A stretch of 34,557 bases of DNA from a virus: positions 1-34,557 of the IMG/VR virus record IMGVR_UViG_3300035162_000704. One strand, written 5' to 3'. Each line of letters opens with the position of its first letter. The stretch's first letter is position 1. Both the position numbers and the translations under genes were made by a program. Under the pieces are notes generated by a model, which made no database searches, was not told where the DNA came from, and was given only the letters and a program-made list of their open reading frames with translations. Positions 16,076 through 26,088 of the stretch are shown here, one piece after another.

Positions 16076-16879
16076 ATGGCGGAAGTAAATTACTCAACGG
16101 TTACTAACACAACTGCACCAAGCGCAGAAATTGCACCATACATGCAATATGGCTTGAGTGAAGCACAACGTTTATACCAAGCTGGTGGCTCACCAATAGC
16201 AGGTCAATCAAGCGCTACTCAGGCAGGTTTGCAGGCGATGACCAATCGCGCAACAGCCGGATCACCTTTAATGGGCGCGGCACAGACGCAACAAATGGGA
16301 ACTATTGCTGGCGATTACTTGTCAGGCAACCCGTTCTTTCAAGGCGCGTTTCAACCAGCCGCACAAGCTGCAACATCGACGTTCAACAACGCCATCGGTA
16401 ACATTGGCTCACAAGCCTCTCGCGCAGGTAGGTATGGTTCGGGTGCGTTTGGCGACTTGCAAAACCAAGCAAGTGGCCAACTAGCTCAGGGCTTGACAAA
16501 TACGGCTGGGCAACTGGCGTATCAGAACTACGCAAACGAGCGTGGTCGTCAGGAGCAGGCAGCTACTAATGCGCCCTCAATGGCTCAGTCTGATTACTTT
16601 GATATTCAGAATCTGTTGGGTGCTGGTAACGTGCAAGATCAGTACTCACAGATGCAGAACAACCAGCCCCAAGTTGCTTTACAGAATTACCTGTCTAGCT
16701 TAGGTATGAACATGGGGCAATCTAGCACCCAGAGTACGCCTTATTACACGAACGACACGGCCAACACGCTTGGCGATGTGTCCTCTGTAGCTAACATAAT
16801 TGGCAAACTGACCAACCAAAGTAATGGCCCAAGCGTAATGCAACAGGGTTACGACTGGTTTAAGAACTTTGGGAGCTAA
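16076..16879 (+). CDS. Internal virion/ejection-type protein (Q/G/A-rich, 267 aa)
   Basis: Composition and position upstream of two larger internal-protein-like ORFs and the fibre gene. Confidence 0.45.
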   Translation: MAEVNYSTVTNTTAPSAEIAPYMQYGLSEAQRLYQAGGSPIAGQSSATQAGLQAMTNRATAGSPLMGAAQTQQMGTIAGDYLSGNPFFQGAFQPAAQAATSTFNNAIGNIGSQASRAGRYGSGAFGDLQNQASGQLAQGLTNTAGQLAYQNYANERGRQEQAATNAPSMAQSDYFDIQNLLGAGNVQDQYSQMQNNQPQVALQNYLSSLGMNMGQSSTQSTPYYTNDTANTLGDVSSVANIIGKLTNQSNGPSVMQQGYDWFKNFGS

Positions 16880-16882
16880 TAA

Positions 16883-18205
16883 ATGGCAAATTTAAACGGA
16901 TTATTAGGCGGCGGTAGACAAATGCCCAGCTTCCTTGGTGGCCTATTAGGTGACGAGGAAGAATACCGACGTTTGCAGCAACAAGCTCAAAGTAGCTCGT
17001 TGGGCGACATGGCCAGTGCTTTTTACAAGGCTGGCGCACCAAGCCGCGTGCCGGGCGGTAGTACATTGCAAGCCATCAACGAGGGCATGAGGGCACAGGA
17101 GTCTGGCTACAAGCGCTCTATGAACGAGCAATTGCAGGAAAAGATTGCACAGCAGAAGATGCGTCAAGAAATGGCATCGCGTGATCGTCAGGCAAAGGCT
17201 CAAGTTTTAGCACCTCAACTGATAGGTCAACCAACGCGCCCAGACACGCCTTTGATGGACAACTATGGCAGGGAGCAAGCTGGGCCTAATATGCCACGCG
17301 CAGGCGGTGTAAACCCAAATGTATTGAACCAATTGCTTGGACTTGGCGCAGAAGGCCAAAAGTCAGTGTCAGACAGATTTGCAATAGCAAAACTAATGCA
17401 GCCAGAAATGTTCTCAGTTGCACCGGGTGCTGTCCAACTTTCGCGTGATCCGATTACTGGCGAAACCAAGCAAGTGGCGGCTGGCGCTCCAAAGACATCT
17501 AACTCTCAACTTGATTTCGCATTTGCAAAAACTCCAGAAGGCGGTGGTTTTAAAGGAACATTTGAAGACTTCAAAAACTTATCTGGCACTAAGATAACAA
17601 ACACTGTTAACCCGTTGCAGCCAACAAAAAGTGTTATTAACGGTTTGCAGGATTCACTGATTAACGGTGGCGAAAGACGTATGAGGTACAACCAAATTGA
17701 GGCAACATTTGATCCAAAGTACCTCAATGTGCCTTACCGCGCAGGCCAAGCATGGTTGTCTCTAAAAGAAAAATTTAGCGAACTGTCAGAAGAAGAAAAA
17801 CAAAATCTCAGAGAGTTTTCACAATTTAGGCAAAACTCAGTAAACAACTTGAGTAAGTCAATTCAAGAAATTACTGGCGCGGCTATGGGTGTTGAGGAAG
17901 CAAAGCGAATAACAGCAGGTTTGCCCAACCCCGGCGTAGGCTTAACGGATGGAGATAGCCCAACAGAGTTTAAAGCAAAGCTAGATCAAACAATCTATCA
18001 GTTAAAACTGGTCGAGGCACGAACAGTCTATTTGCTCGCGAATGGCCTTACTTTAGGAAGCGTCTCTCTTGATGCAATGCCAAACATTATTAACCGGCGT
18101 GCTAAAGAAATAGCGAAGCGGGACAATATAGACCTAAGCACCACAGCGGGGCAGTCGTTGATTAAGCAACAACTTTCCGCGGAGTTTGGTATTTCAACGC
18201 AATAG
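16883..18205 (+). CDS. Internal virion/ejection-type protein (440 aa)
   Basis: Gene order resembles the T7 gp14-16 block. No enzymatic motif seen. Confidence 0.4.
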   Translation: MANLNGLLGGGRQMPSFLGGLLGDEEEYRRLQQQAQSSSLGDMASAFYKAGAPSRVPGGSTLQAINEGMRAQESGYKRSMNEQLQEKIAQQKMRQEMASRDRQAKAQVLAPQLIGQPTRPDTPLMDNYGREQAGPNMPRAGGVNPNVLNQLLGLGAEGQKSVSDRFAIAKLMQPEMFSVAPGAVQLSRDPITGETKQVAAGAPKTSNSQLDFAFAKTPEGGGFKGTFEDFKNLSGTKITNTVNPLQPTKSVINGLQDSLINGGERRMRYNQIEATFDPKYLNVPYRAGQAWLSLKEKFSELSEEEKQNLREFSQFRQNSVNNLSKSIQEITGAAMGVEEAKRITAGLPNPGVGLTDGDSPTEFKAKLDQTIYQLKLVEARTVYLLANGLTLGSVSLDAMPNIINRRAKEIAKRDNIDLSTTAGQSLIKQQLSAEFGISTQ

Positions 18206-18212
18206 GGTTTTT

Positions 18213-20282
18213 ATGGCTGATTACAATTTTGCAAAAGATTTGCTAAGTGGGAAAAAAGAGGAAGAAAAATCCGTAAACGGCGAAACCTCACCTGTTGCCG
18301 CCAATATTGATTTTGCTGCGGAAATTTTTAGCAAGCCATCGGCTCAAAACAGACGCGCTGGCTCTGGTAGTTTCCCGTCGTTAAATGTTTCTCCAAAGGC
18401 AATTAGCGATCCAACCAAAGCTGCTGACATACTTACCTCGTTTGTGGGTGGTGTACCTACGGACAAGAAGGCAGCTATCAAGTATTTTGCCGACAAGCGG
18501 GGAATACCTGAAAGCCGCTACAAGATTATCGACGGTGAAATTGCTTACCTTGGCGACGACAACAAGTTCTACAAAGAGATTGCTGGTGCTGGCTCGACTA
18601 TGGCCTACTACGCACCAGACGTAATTGAGGCCGTACCTGAAATTGTTGCTGGCATTGCGTCTGCGCCAATGGTGTTAACTGGCCCACAGGGTTTGCTTGG
18701 ATCAGCAGCCATCACCGGAGGCGTTTCTAGTGCGGCAAACATGGCTCGCCAGCAAATTGGACAAGCTGTATCTGGCCAAGAGATAAGCCCCTCTCAATCA
18801 GTTATTTCTGGCTTGCTTGGTGGTGCGACCCAACTTGTACCCGGCACTGCGGCAAAAGTTACAGAGCGCAATCTTGTTCGTGATATTGCCTCGATTGATG
18901 AGAGGGCAATGCGTGACTTGGTTATGAAGTCCAAAGCTGAAAACATAGACCTGACTCCAGCGGAGTTGACTAACTTGTCTTCATTGATGGGTCAGCAACG
19001 AGCGCTAGGAAACCTCAATGCTTCTAGTAAGCCAATGCAAGAGTTCTATGAGGGTCGAGAGAAAAACCAGATTCAGCCAGCGGTTGATAAATTTTTAGCA
19101 AATATCTCAGGTACAACTGATAGTGCTGAAGCGGGGTTCAAGGGCCAGTCGGCGCTATTGGCTTCTAAGGAAAGTCTTGTTAAGGCGCGAAAAGATGCGT
19201 CTGATGAAGTCTACAAAGAGGCATTTGCATCATCTGCGCCCGTAAATGTAAGGCCAGTTGTTAATAACATTAACGCCATGCTAGAAAGTGCTAAGGGTAG
19301 CCAGAAAGCAAAGTTGCTCAAGATTAAGGACTTACTGTACACAGAGAGGCAAATGCTAGATGCTGATGGTAATACAGTCACGCGCAGGGTTTTGGATGAT
19401 GACTTAGAGGGGTTGCAGAACGCCAAGTTTGAAATGGATCGAGAGTTTAAGGATGAAGTCTTTAGCTCAATGGACAAAAAAATCCAAGGACAACTTACTG
19501 GTTTGCAAAAGGATTTGGTTGCGGCAATGGGTAAGAACAACCCTACATACTTAGAAGCAAACCAAGTATTTTCCCAGCTATCCAAGCCGATAGACGAGTT
19601 CAATACTAGCAAAAGTGGTCTGTCCCTAACGGCCATGTCTAGGGATAACTTGAACCAGTTTGCTGATCGTCTCTTTGAAAGCAATTCTCTAAGTGCAATT
19701 AACTATGCCAAGAAGCAAATCCAGAGCGCTGACCCAGAGGCTTGGAACGCTGTAACTAGATCATTTTTGCAGAAGCAATGGGAGCAAGCTAAAAAGCCAT
19801 CTGCGCGTCAGCAAGGCATGAAGCTGGATACTGGTGGCACATGGTCAAATATGTTACTGGGCGATGTAAACAGGCAGAAGGCTTTACGTGCTGCGCTAGA
19901 GCCTAAACAGTTTCAAGCGTTAAGCGACTTATCTGAAGTTCTTGAGCGTGCCGCAAGGGTCAAGAAGCTAGGCTCAGATACAGCGTTTAATAAAGAAATT
20001 ATTGACCAAATGAGGCGCGAGGCTAAAGGTGATCCGGTGGCAATCGCCGCGCTTGGGATTGGAACTGTATTGCAGCCGCAGAATTGGGGCGCTAAAATAA
20101 GTGATTGGGCGGTAGAGCGCCGCTTTGCCAGTAACGCAGAAGGACTGGCTAAAATTATTACATCACCTGATGGCGTTAGTAAACTGAAAGAGTTGCGCCT
20201 AATGTCGCCAACATCGGCAAAAACTTGGGCATCACTTGCGCAATTGTTGAACACGTATGGCATATTAGAAGCTAAGGAATAA
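18213..20282 (+). CDS. Large internal virion/ejection-type protein (689 aa)
   Basis: I prefer ATG 18213 over the TTG at 18186, because the upstream gene ends at 18205. Largely helical sequence. Confidence 0.4.
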   Translation: MADYNFAKDLLSGKKEEEKSVNGETSPVAANIDFAAEIFSKPSAQNRRAGSGSFPSLNVSPKAISDPTKAADILTSFVGGVPTDKKAAIKYFADKRGIPESRYKIIDGEIAYLGDDNKFYKEIAGAGSTMAYYAPDVIEAVPEIVAGIASAPMVLTGPQGLLGSAAITGGVSSAANMARQQIGQAVSGQEISPSQSVISGLLGGATQLVPGTAAKVTERNLVRDIASIDERAMRDLVMKSKAENIDLTPAELTNLSSLMGQQRALGNLNASSKPMQEFYEGREKNQIQPAVDKFLANISGTTDSAEAGFKGQSALLASKESLVKARKDASDEVYKEAFASSAPVNVRPVVNNINAMLESAKGSQKAKLLKIKDLLYTERQMLDADGNTVTRRVLDDDLEGLQNAKFEMDREFKDEVFSSMDKKIQGQLTGLQKDLVAAMGKNNPTYLEANQVFSQLSKPIDEFNTSKSGLSLTAMSRDNLNQFADRLFESNSLSAINYAKKQIQSADPEAWNAVTRSFLQKQWEQAKKPSARQQGMKLDTGGTWSNMLLGDVNRQKALRAALEPKQFQALSDLSEVLERAARVKKLGSDTAFNKEIIDQMRREAKGDPVAIAALGIGTVLQPQNWGAKISDWAVERRFASNAEGLAKIITSPDGVSKLKELRLMSPTSAKTWASLAQLLNTYGILEAKE

Positions 20283-20283
20283 C

Positions 20284-23200
20284 ATGGCAAAGACAAAGAT
20301 CAGCGAATTCGACGCAACGCAGATAAACAACACGGATATTGACAACATCAATATTGCGGAGGGCTGCGCACCGAGTGGAATTAACAACGCAATCCGTGAG
20401 CTAATGGCTCAACTAAAGGACTTCCAGACAGGCACTGCTGGCGATTCCCTCACAGTTGGTGGCAACCTAGCTGTAACCGGCACATCAACGCACACGGGCG
20501 CACTAGCGGCCAATGGCGGCATTACCGGCACAACCGCAGTAGTTTCTAGCCTTACCGTCAACACAAGCGCAGTAATTGCCTCTGCTGACATTAATGCTGG
20601 AACAATCGACGGCGCTGTGATTGGTGGCGCTGCGGCGCAGGCTGTGACCGGCACATTGATTACAGCAAGCACCGGATTTGTCGGTGGCGTAACTGGTGCT
20701 GTTGTCGGCAACGTAACTGGCAACGTTACGGGAAGTGTGACTGGCAATGTTGTAGGTAATTTAATTGGCAACGTGACTGGTGATGTAACCGGCAACGTCA
20801 CTGCTACCACAGGGACAACTACCCTTGCTGACGTAATCATTCGTGGCGGTCTGGACATGGACGCAGGAACGTCTGCAACCATCACAAACCTAGCAGCACC
20901 TACCAATTCAGGCGACGCAGCCACCAAGGGATACACAGACGCTCAGACGGCTTTAAAACTGTCCTTGTCTGGCGGCACTATGAGTGGCGCTATTGCGATG
21001 GGTGCAAACAAGATCACGGGTTTGGGTACGCCAACCGCTGATGCTGACGCTGCAAGCAAAATTTATGTGGATGGGCTTGTACAAGGCTTAGACGCAAAAG
21101 CATCTTGTGTCGCGGCCTCTACTGCAAACTTAACACTGTCTGGCGCACAAACTATTGATGGTGTGTCTGTAGTTGCTGGCAACAGGGTGTTGGTAAAAGA
21201 CCAAAGCACAGCTTCAGCAAACGGTATTTATGTTGCCGCAGCAGGCGCTTGGGCAAGGTCTACAGACGCAGATACATGGGACGAACTGGTTTCAGCCTTT
21301 GTTTTTGTTGAGGGTGGAACAGCAAACGCAGACAACGGCTTTACTTGCACAAACAACGCAGGCGGCACGCTAGGATCAACAGCAGTTACTTGGGTGCAGT
21401 TCTCAGGTGCTGGACAGATCACCGCAGGGGACGGCTTATCTAAAACTGGCAACACCATAAACGTCGGCACTGCTGCTGCTGGTCGGATTGTTGTAAACGC
21501 TGACAACATCGACTTGGCCACAACGGGCATATCGGCTGGCACGTACAGATCAGTGACGATTGATGCTTACGGTCGGGCAACTGCTGGCACTACGCCGACA
21601 ACCATCTCCGGCTACAGCATCTCAGACGCTTACACCAAGACCGAGATTGACACCACTGTTAGCGGGTTATTGGCCAAGACCGGCGGCACAATGTCTGGGG
21701 CTATCGCTCTAGGCACAAACAAGCTGACAGGGGTGGGCGATCCTACTTCTGCACAAGACGCGGCTACAAAGAATTACATAGACGTACTGTTTGGCTCAAC
21801 AACATCTGCGGCAGCATCTGCTGCGACCGCAGCGACACGGGCAGGCGAAGCAGCCACCAGTGCAGGTAACGCATCAACCAGCGAAACAAATGCATCAGCA
21901 TCAGCAACCGCCGCAAATGACTCAAAAATAGCAGCCGCAGCCAGCTACGATGCTTTTGATGACCGCTACCTTGGAAGTAAGTCGTCTTCACCTAGTGTAG
22001 ACAACGATGGTAATGCGTTACTAACTGGTGCTTTGTACTGGGACACAACAGCCAGCCAAATGCGAGTTTACACAGGCAATAGCTGGGTGGCTACGGGATC
22101 GGCGGTTAATGGTACTACTTCACGAGAAGTATATACAGCTAATTCTAGCCAAACAACCTTTGCTGTTGTCTACGATGCTGGATATGTTGACGTTTACCTG
22201 AACGGTGTAAAGCTAGTTGCAGGCACAGACTTTACAGCAACCTCTGGAACAAACATTGTTTTAGCTACTGCCGCAACTGATGGTGACATTGTTGACATAG
22301 TGGCTTATGGTGCTTTTGCTCTTGCAGATGTCTACACCAAGGCAGCTTCTGATGCACGCTACGCTACCGCAGCGCAGGGTGCAGGCACAGGTGTAACTTC
22401 TACTTATGTGTCCTCTGTCACAGTTGGCGGTACAACTTTCGCACAACCAGCAGTCACCGGGGAAATAAACTCTGATGAAGGCTTTGTTCAAGTTAACTAC
22501 GCAGGCGCAACGGGCATTACCGTTACCACTTTAACGTCAGCATCCACGTATGTATACATAGATAAAAACGGTGCTTTACAGCAGCAAACTACTGAGCCAA
22601 CACGCCAAGACTGGTCTCGTAAAATGTTTACGATGCGGATTGCAGTAGACACAACAACAAATTTAGTTCTTGGTTTTGAGTATTTAAACAACCCAATTGG
22701 TCGTTACGCAAACAGCATAAGAGATGTGTATTCGTTTCTTTTGTCTAATGGTGTACCTTTCAAGAAGGATCAGACTGTTACAGGTCGGGCGGGAGACTTA
22801 GGTTTTGACGTCAGCGCTGGAACTATGTTGGAGTTTGGCGGTACGGGGGATATATATGACCCAAACATTCTCTCGTTTTCATCAGTAGCAAACGCTGCGT
22901 TTTTCTTGTCAACAAGAACGGCGTTTGACGCAGGCGGAAATACAAACCTTCCTAAGTTTTGGGACAACGCTGGAACAATTACAGCGCTTGGTTCTACCAC
23001 CGTAGTTGGGCATCGTCTGTATCGTTTCAGTAACGGTAATATTTGTTTGCAATACGGCCAAGGCAACTATGCCAACATGACGCTGGCAAAAACGGGTGCA
23101 TTGCTGGAAGACTATGTATTAAACCCAGCCCTAGAAAATGCTACGTTTTTCGGCTGGTGGTTCATTGAAAGCACTGCTACAAACACAGCAGGAACAACAT

Positions 23201-23688
23201 TAACAGCATTTAAAGAGTACACGATTGGAGTCGGTGGCGGTATATCTTCAGCCTTATCAGGTGCGCTGCTGCAAGGTAACAACTTGTCTGATGTGCTCGA
23301 TGCTGCAACTGCAAGAACAAATTTAAGTGTTGTTGGCATAACAGATACACAGACGCTGACAAACAAGACCATCACTGGTGTTGTTGAGACTAAGGTGGCA
23401 ATGGCAGCACACGCTATTGACCTGTCCTTAGGCAACTACTTCACCTACACTTTGTCTGGCGCTCAAACACTAACTGTCAGTAACGTAGCTGCTAGTGGCT
23501 CTGTAAGTGCATTTGTGCTTGAAGTGACCAATGGTGGCTCTGCTGCCTTGACATTCTTTAGTGGCGTGACTTGGGCTGCTGCTACACCTCCTACACTTAC
23601 CGCTGCTGGTGTTGACAACCTAGCCTTCTTTACCTCAGACGGTGGCACGACTTGGAGAGGCTTTGTCCTTGGATTGGGGATGGCGTAA
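20284..23688 (+). CDS. Tail fibre protein (1134 aa)
   Basis: Three copies of the fibre motif ...L(A/G)xPxxxxDAA(T/S)KxY(V/T/I)D, a GNVT repeat tract, NNLSDVLDAATARTNLSV and an A/S/T-rich coiled segment. Confidence 0.85.
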   Translation: MAKTKISEFDATQINNTDIDNINIAEGCAPSGINNAIRELMAQLKDFQTGTAGDSLTVGGNLAVTGTSTHTGALAANGGITGTTAVVSSLTVNTSAVIASADINAGTIDGAVIGGAAAQAVTGTLITASTGFVGGVTGAVVGNVTGNVTGSVTGNVVGNLIGNVTGDVTGNVTATTGTTTLADVIIRGGLDMDAGTSATITNLAAPTNSGDAATKGYTDAQTALKLSLSGGTMSGAIAMGANKITGLGTPTADADAASKIYVDGLVQGLDAKASCVAASTANLTLSGAQTIDGVSVVAGNRVLVKDQSTASANGIYVAAAGAWARSTDADTWDELVSAFVFVEGGTANADNGFTCTNNAGGTLGSTAVTWVQFSGAGQITAGDGLSKTGNTINVGTAAAGRIVVNADNIDLATTGISAGTYRSVTIDAYGRATAGTTPTTISGYSISDAYTKTEIDTTVSGLLAKTGGTMSGAIALGTNKLTGVGDPTSAQDAATKNYIDVLFGSTTSAAASAATAATRAGEAATSAGNASTSETNASASATAANDSKIAAAASYDAFDDRYLGSKSSSPSVDNDGNALLTGALYWDTTASQMRVYTGNSWVATGSAVNGTTSREVYTANSSQTTFAVVYDAGYVDVYLNGVKLVAGTDFTATSGTNIVLATAATDGDIVDIVAYGAFALADVYTKAASDARYATAAQGAGTGVTSTYVSSVTVGGTTFAQPAVTGEINSDEGFVQVNYAGATGITVTTLTSASTYVYIDKNGALQQQTTEPTRQDWSRKMFTMRIAVDTTTNLVLGFEYLNNPIGRYANSIRDVYSFLLSNGVPFKKDQTVTGRAGDLGFDVSAGTMLEFGGTGDIYDPNILSFSSVANAAFFLSTRTAFDAGGNTNLPKFWDNAGTITALGSTTVVGHRLYRFSNGNICLQYGQGNYANMTLAKTGALLEDYVLNPALENATFFGWWFIESTATNTAGTTLTAFKEYTIGVGGGISSALSGALLQGNNLSDVLDAATARTNLSVVGITDTQTLTNKTITGVVETKVAMAAHAIDLSLGNYFTYTLSGAQTLTVSNVAASGSVSAFVLEVTNGGSAALTFFSGVTWAAATPPTLTAAGVDNLAFFTSDGGTTWRGFVLGLGMA
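20683..20802 (+). repeat. Ten tandem 12-nt units encoding G-[NGASD]-[VL]-[TVI]
   Basis: GGVT GAVV GNVT GNVT GSVT GNVV GNLI GNVT GDVT GNVT read in frame. This tract generates the spurious antisense ORF 20409..20936. Confidence 0.9.
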
Positions 23689-25592
23689 TGGCTATCAGAG
23701 ATATTGTACAAGCCGCTGCTGGTGCTGGTGAAGATAAGCTGTATGTTGACGATGTGTTCTCAACTTACTTATATACAGGCAACAGCTCCACCCAGACAAT
23801 CAACAACGGTATTGACTTAGATGGTAAGGGTGGGTTGATTTGGGGTAAAGTTCGAAATTCAGTAGACAATAATTGGTTGATTGATACGGCGCGTGGAGCA
23901 TCAAAAGTATTAGCATCTAATCTGAACGCAGCACAAACTACACCGGGCCCGCCAGATTGGGTTTCTTTTAATAACAACGGATTTTCAATTGGTGCATCAA
24001 ACGGAGAAATAAATCAATCATCACAAACATATGTTTCATGGACGCTCCGCAAGAGTCCTAAATATTTTGACATTGTGACCTACACGGGGAATGGAAGTAC
24101 ACAAAACATTTCTCATAGCCTTGATACACAGCCGGGTTGCGTGATGATTAAAAAGACAAGCGGCGCTGGGGATTGGATGATATGGCATAGAGGTTTGTCA
24201 GCGGGTCACTACATTCGATTTACTACAGCGGCACAGAATAATTCATTTAACGATGCGTACTTTGGCAACAGCACTACTTATGTAGACCCCACATCAACAC
24301 AGTTTACTGTTGGTTATGGAGACTTAGTAAACTCCAATGGCGCAACTTTCGTCGCATACGTCTTTGCCCATGATGCTGGCGGCTTCGGGGACGATGGTGA
24401 GCAAGATGTTATTAGCTGTGGGAGTTTTACTACTGATGGCAGTGGTAATGCTATTGTTAATTTAGGGTATGAGCCTCAATGGGTTTTGGTAAAACCAGCA
24501 AGTACCGCTGGACAGTGGCGACTCTTTGATACCATGCGGGGGTTTAGTCACTCAAGTGCTGCCATGTTATTACCAAACCTTGCTAATGCAGAGGGCGTTA
24601 ATACTACTGCTGAAAGGTATTTTCCAACCGCAACTGGTTTTAATCTTACCCCTTATGATGCAGGCGGTGTTACAAGCATGTACATGGCCATTCGCCGCCC
24701 AATGAAAACTCCTGAGGCGGGAACTGAGGTGTTTGCTATGGATACTCAAGGAGGTTCTTCTGGAAAACCTAATTTCAAAAGTGGGTTTCCTGTGGATTTT
24801 GCTTTTGTAGCTGAGACTGGTGGGAGTGCAAGATTAAATAGCAGTCGCTTAACTTCTCCAAAGATAATGTATTTTAATAATACTAATGCAGAATCATCTG
24901 ACGCAGAGCGAACGTTTGATTATCAAAATGGATGGGGCAACAGCACTGATGTTGATTCAACACGCTACTCATGGATGTTTAAACGCGCCCCCGCCTTTAT
25001 GGATGTGGTGGCTTTTACACAAGTTGGGACTGGAAGTGTTCAAACGATTAACCATAACTTAACAGTTGTGCCAGAGTTAATTATATTTAAAACAAGGGGC
25101 GGAGGAGATAACTGGAGAGTTCGTGTTGGCTCGTATTCGGGAGGTGGAATTCTTAACTCAAATAGTGGATTTTCATCTAGTTTATATGCCACAAACCTTA
25201 CATCAACTACTTTTGGCTTTAATCAAAGTACGGCGGGGTATAACAGCGGAATGACTTTTGTATCCTACCTATTCGCCACCCTAGCAGGTGTAAGTTGCGT
25301 ATCTAGCTACAGCGGAACTGGCGGTAACGTAAATGTGGATTGTGGCTTCAGCGGGGGTGCAAGGTTCATCTTAATCAAACGAACTGACTCCACTGGTGAT
25401 TGGTATTTGTGGGACTCAGCTAGAGGCATCGTGGCTGGCAATGACCCATACTTGCTCTTGAACACCACAGCGGCTCAAGTGACCAACACAGATTACATTG
25501 ACCCATTGGCAAGTGGCTTTACCGTAACATCATCAGCACCAGCGGCATTGAATGCAAGTGGTGGCAGCTACATCTTCTTGGCAATAGCTTAA
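23688..25592 (+). CDS. Receptor-binding-type distal tail protein, paralogue 1 (634 aa, six internal repeats)
   Basis: TAATG coupling to the fibre gene. Full-length paralogue of 26085..28052, with identical nucleotide runs at both ends. Confidence 0.7.
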   Translation: MAIRDIVQAAAGAGEDKLYVDDVFSTYLYTGNSSTQTINNGIDLDGKGGLIWGKVRNSVDNNWLIDTARGASKVLASNLNAAQTTPGPPDWVSFNNNGFSIGASNGEINQSSQTYVSWTLRKSPKYFDIVTYTGNGSTQNISHSLDTQPGCVMIKKTSGAGDWMIWHRGLSAGHYIRFTTAAQNNSFNDAYFGNSTTYVDPTSTQFTVGYGDLVNSNGATFVAYVFAHDAGGFGDDGEQDVISCGSFTTDGSGNAIVNLGYEPQWVLVKPASTAGQWRLFDTMRGFSHSSAAMLLPNLANAEGVNTTAERYFPTATGFNLTPYDAGGVTSMYMAIRRPMKTPEAGTEVFAMDTQGGSSGKPNFKSGFPVDFAFVAETGGSARLNSSRLTSPKIMYFNNTNAESSDAERTFDYQNGWGNSTDVDSTRYSWMFKRAPAFMDVVAFTQVGTGSVQTINHNLTVVPELIIFKTRGGGDNWRVRVGSYSGGGILNSNSGFSSSLYATNLTSTTFGFNQSTAGYNSGMTFVSYLFATLAGVSCVSSYSGTGGNVNVDCGFSGGARFILIKRTDSTGDWYLWDSARGIVAGNDPYLLLNTTAAQVTNTDYIDPLASGFTVTSSAPAALNASGGSYIFLAIA

Positions 25593-25611
25593 AACATTGG
25601 AGAATTAAATA

Positions 25612-26088
25612 ATGAGTAAAGCAAAAATACTAGCAACAACCGTTTCGGATGGTAACGTGCTGGCAGACGGTACGGTTGCCTATGCAGAAGTGAGCGGCAC
25701 ACCAACGCTTCCTACATTCCCTAGCGGCACTGTTGTAGGTACAACGGATACACAGACATTATCCGGTAAGACCATCACAAACCTAATCAATGACGGGTCT
25801 ATCACTGAAGAAGTGTACACGTTAACAGGTACAGCGATTGATCCATCTAACGGCACAATCCAAGTCAAGGCTCTGTCAGGCATTGTGACATTGACAGACT
25901 CAGTAAGTGCTGGTCAGAGTGTTGTGCTGATGATTACTGGCGGCGCTTCCTATGCCATTACATGGCCTACAATGACATGGGTGACTAGTGGTGGCAACGT
26001 AGCTCCTACGTCTACGGCTAGTGATACCTTTGTCTTGTGGAAAATCAGCACCACGCTGTACGGTGCTTATGTAGGTAACTATGTATGA
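25612..26088 (+). CDS. Stand-alone homologue of the tail-fibre C-terminal domain (158 aa)
   Basis: TDTQTLSGKTITN...AIDPSNGT...LSGIVTLTDS...ITGGASYAITW aligns with fibre residues ITDTQTLTNKTITG...AIDLSLGN...LSGAQTLTVS...VTNGGSAALTF. Confidence 0.7.
   Translation: MSKAKILATTVSDGNVLADGTVAYAEVSGTPTLPTFPSGTVVGTTDTQTLSGKTITNLINDGSITEEVYTLTGTAIDPSNGTIQVKALSGIVTLTDSVSAGQSVVLMITGGASYAITWPTMTWVTSGGNVAPTSTASDTFVLWKISTTLYGAYVGNYV

Noticed and set aside
20409-20936. Long antisense ORF (175 aa) opposite the tail fibre gene. Similar antisense ORFs occur at 5491..5874, 7375..7719, 7811..8200, 8277..8627, 19211..19684, 19913..20296, 21228..21542 and 32565..32894.
   Set aside because: Each lies fully inside a much longer ORF with recognisable function on the other strand. 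Their products are low-complexity or Pro/Val/Thr-rich mirror translations, and none has an SD or gene-junction logic.
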